Under the pieces are notes generated by a model. It made no database searches and had not been told where the DNA came from. It saw only the letters and a list, made by a program, of their open reading frames with translations. A DNA stretch of 64,000 nt, from contig CM059425.1 of NCBI GenBank assembly GCA_030390025.1, positions 171,432,001 through 171,496,000 on the forward strand, given 5' to 3'. Every line of letters begins with the position of its first letter. Positions within the stretch are counted from its first letter, which is position 1. Shown piece by piece: positions 63,051 to 64,000 of the stretch. This DNA is from Squalus acanthias. Lineage: Eukaryota. Both the position numbers and the translations under genes were made by a program.

Positions 63051-64000
63051 CTGCTTTGAAAATGGTTGGCTCAGATTGCTTCTCCCTCTTTTTGAGGACG
63101 TGCCTGGCCTCTGCTCAGCATCTCTCCATGGAGGTACAGTTAACGGAGAAAACTCTACATAATGAGAATTGTAAGCCTATTGCCCAAGTTTGTGCTGCAA
63201 TGGGTTAGGACTCCAATGCAATGAGTCACTGTGCCATCTTCCGATTTTGTCTTTTCATTTATACTGAACCATCCTTGCTTTTTACACAGCCCTCCTGCAC
63301 TCCATTCTGTTAAACATCACAAAGACAGACCACTGCCACAATTAAGCTCACAAATCCTCTATTAACAACTGAAGACACTGGAAAATCAGATTTCAGTATT
63401 CAAACAGTATGGAAGAAGAGATATTAATTTATTCATGAGAGAAACTTGTTAACTTACTCATGAAAGTTGAAGAGGATAAAAGAGACATCTCAACTCTATT
63501 GGTCCTCGATTTGTGAAAATTGAAGTCATATTTTAAAAAAGGTTAAAGGAGAACAAACAAACTTTACACGTGAAGGAAAAATGAACTATGAATGCTTGAA
63601 CATATTTGTTCACAAGGAATTATATAATCATTGCATTTCCAAAGGTAACTGCAATCTTCATATTGTACAGGAATGTCTACACAGATTATGCAGTCTGTCA
63701 GATTCAGATTCACTGAAGGAGTTTTAGCCATCTACTTTGAAGACGAAAGCTCAATCAAATTGATTTTCTTACGATTTTCCTTTGTGGTATTTTTTTTAAA
63801 AGATGAATTGAAAAACAATTAGTTTAGCAGCACACTAAATAACACTGTCTCCTGATTAGCCTGCGAACTCTTTCAGGCCAAATTACATTTTGTGACAGCT
63901 AACTCACTTTGGATTATAACGTTGCTTCAATCTTCAGTTTGCCAGATGTGGCAACCTGACTAACAATGGCGTAAAAGCCCAACACACTACACAGTACACA

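Overview
Vertebrate genomic DNA, almost certainly a cartilaginous fish (shark) judging by its repeat families. The whole window appears to lie within the FBXL17 gene on the minus strand. Only one coding exon is visible (77 bp, 26550-26626), and the rest is intron. The introns are dense with transposable elements: many CR1 LINEs (one with an intact 983-aa ORF2), L2 and L2/CR1-group fragments, a Vingi-like LINE, tRNA-derived SINEs (SacSINE1/DeuSINE-like and an LF-SINE-like relic), PIF/Harbinger-type MITEs, a spliced Harbinger Myb/SANT pseudogene, a hAT-Charlie derivative, a TA-flanked pogo/Tigger-like element and a Penelope-like element. The most notable signals are: (1) a family of ~175-195 bp non-coding hairpin elements with 11-15 bp target-site duplications and a hammerhead-ribozyme core; (2) a complete minimal hammerhead at the Penelope 3' end; (3) a ~340-bp-arm inverted duplication; (4) several multi-level nested insertions. 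Family names come from recalled consensus motifs, not from database searches, and TE boundaries are approximate unless a TIR or TSD is stated.
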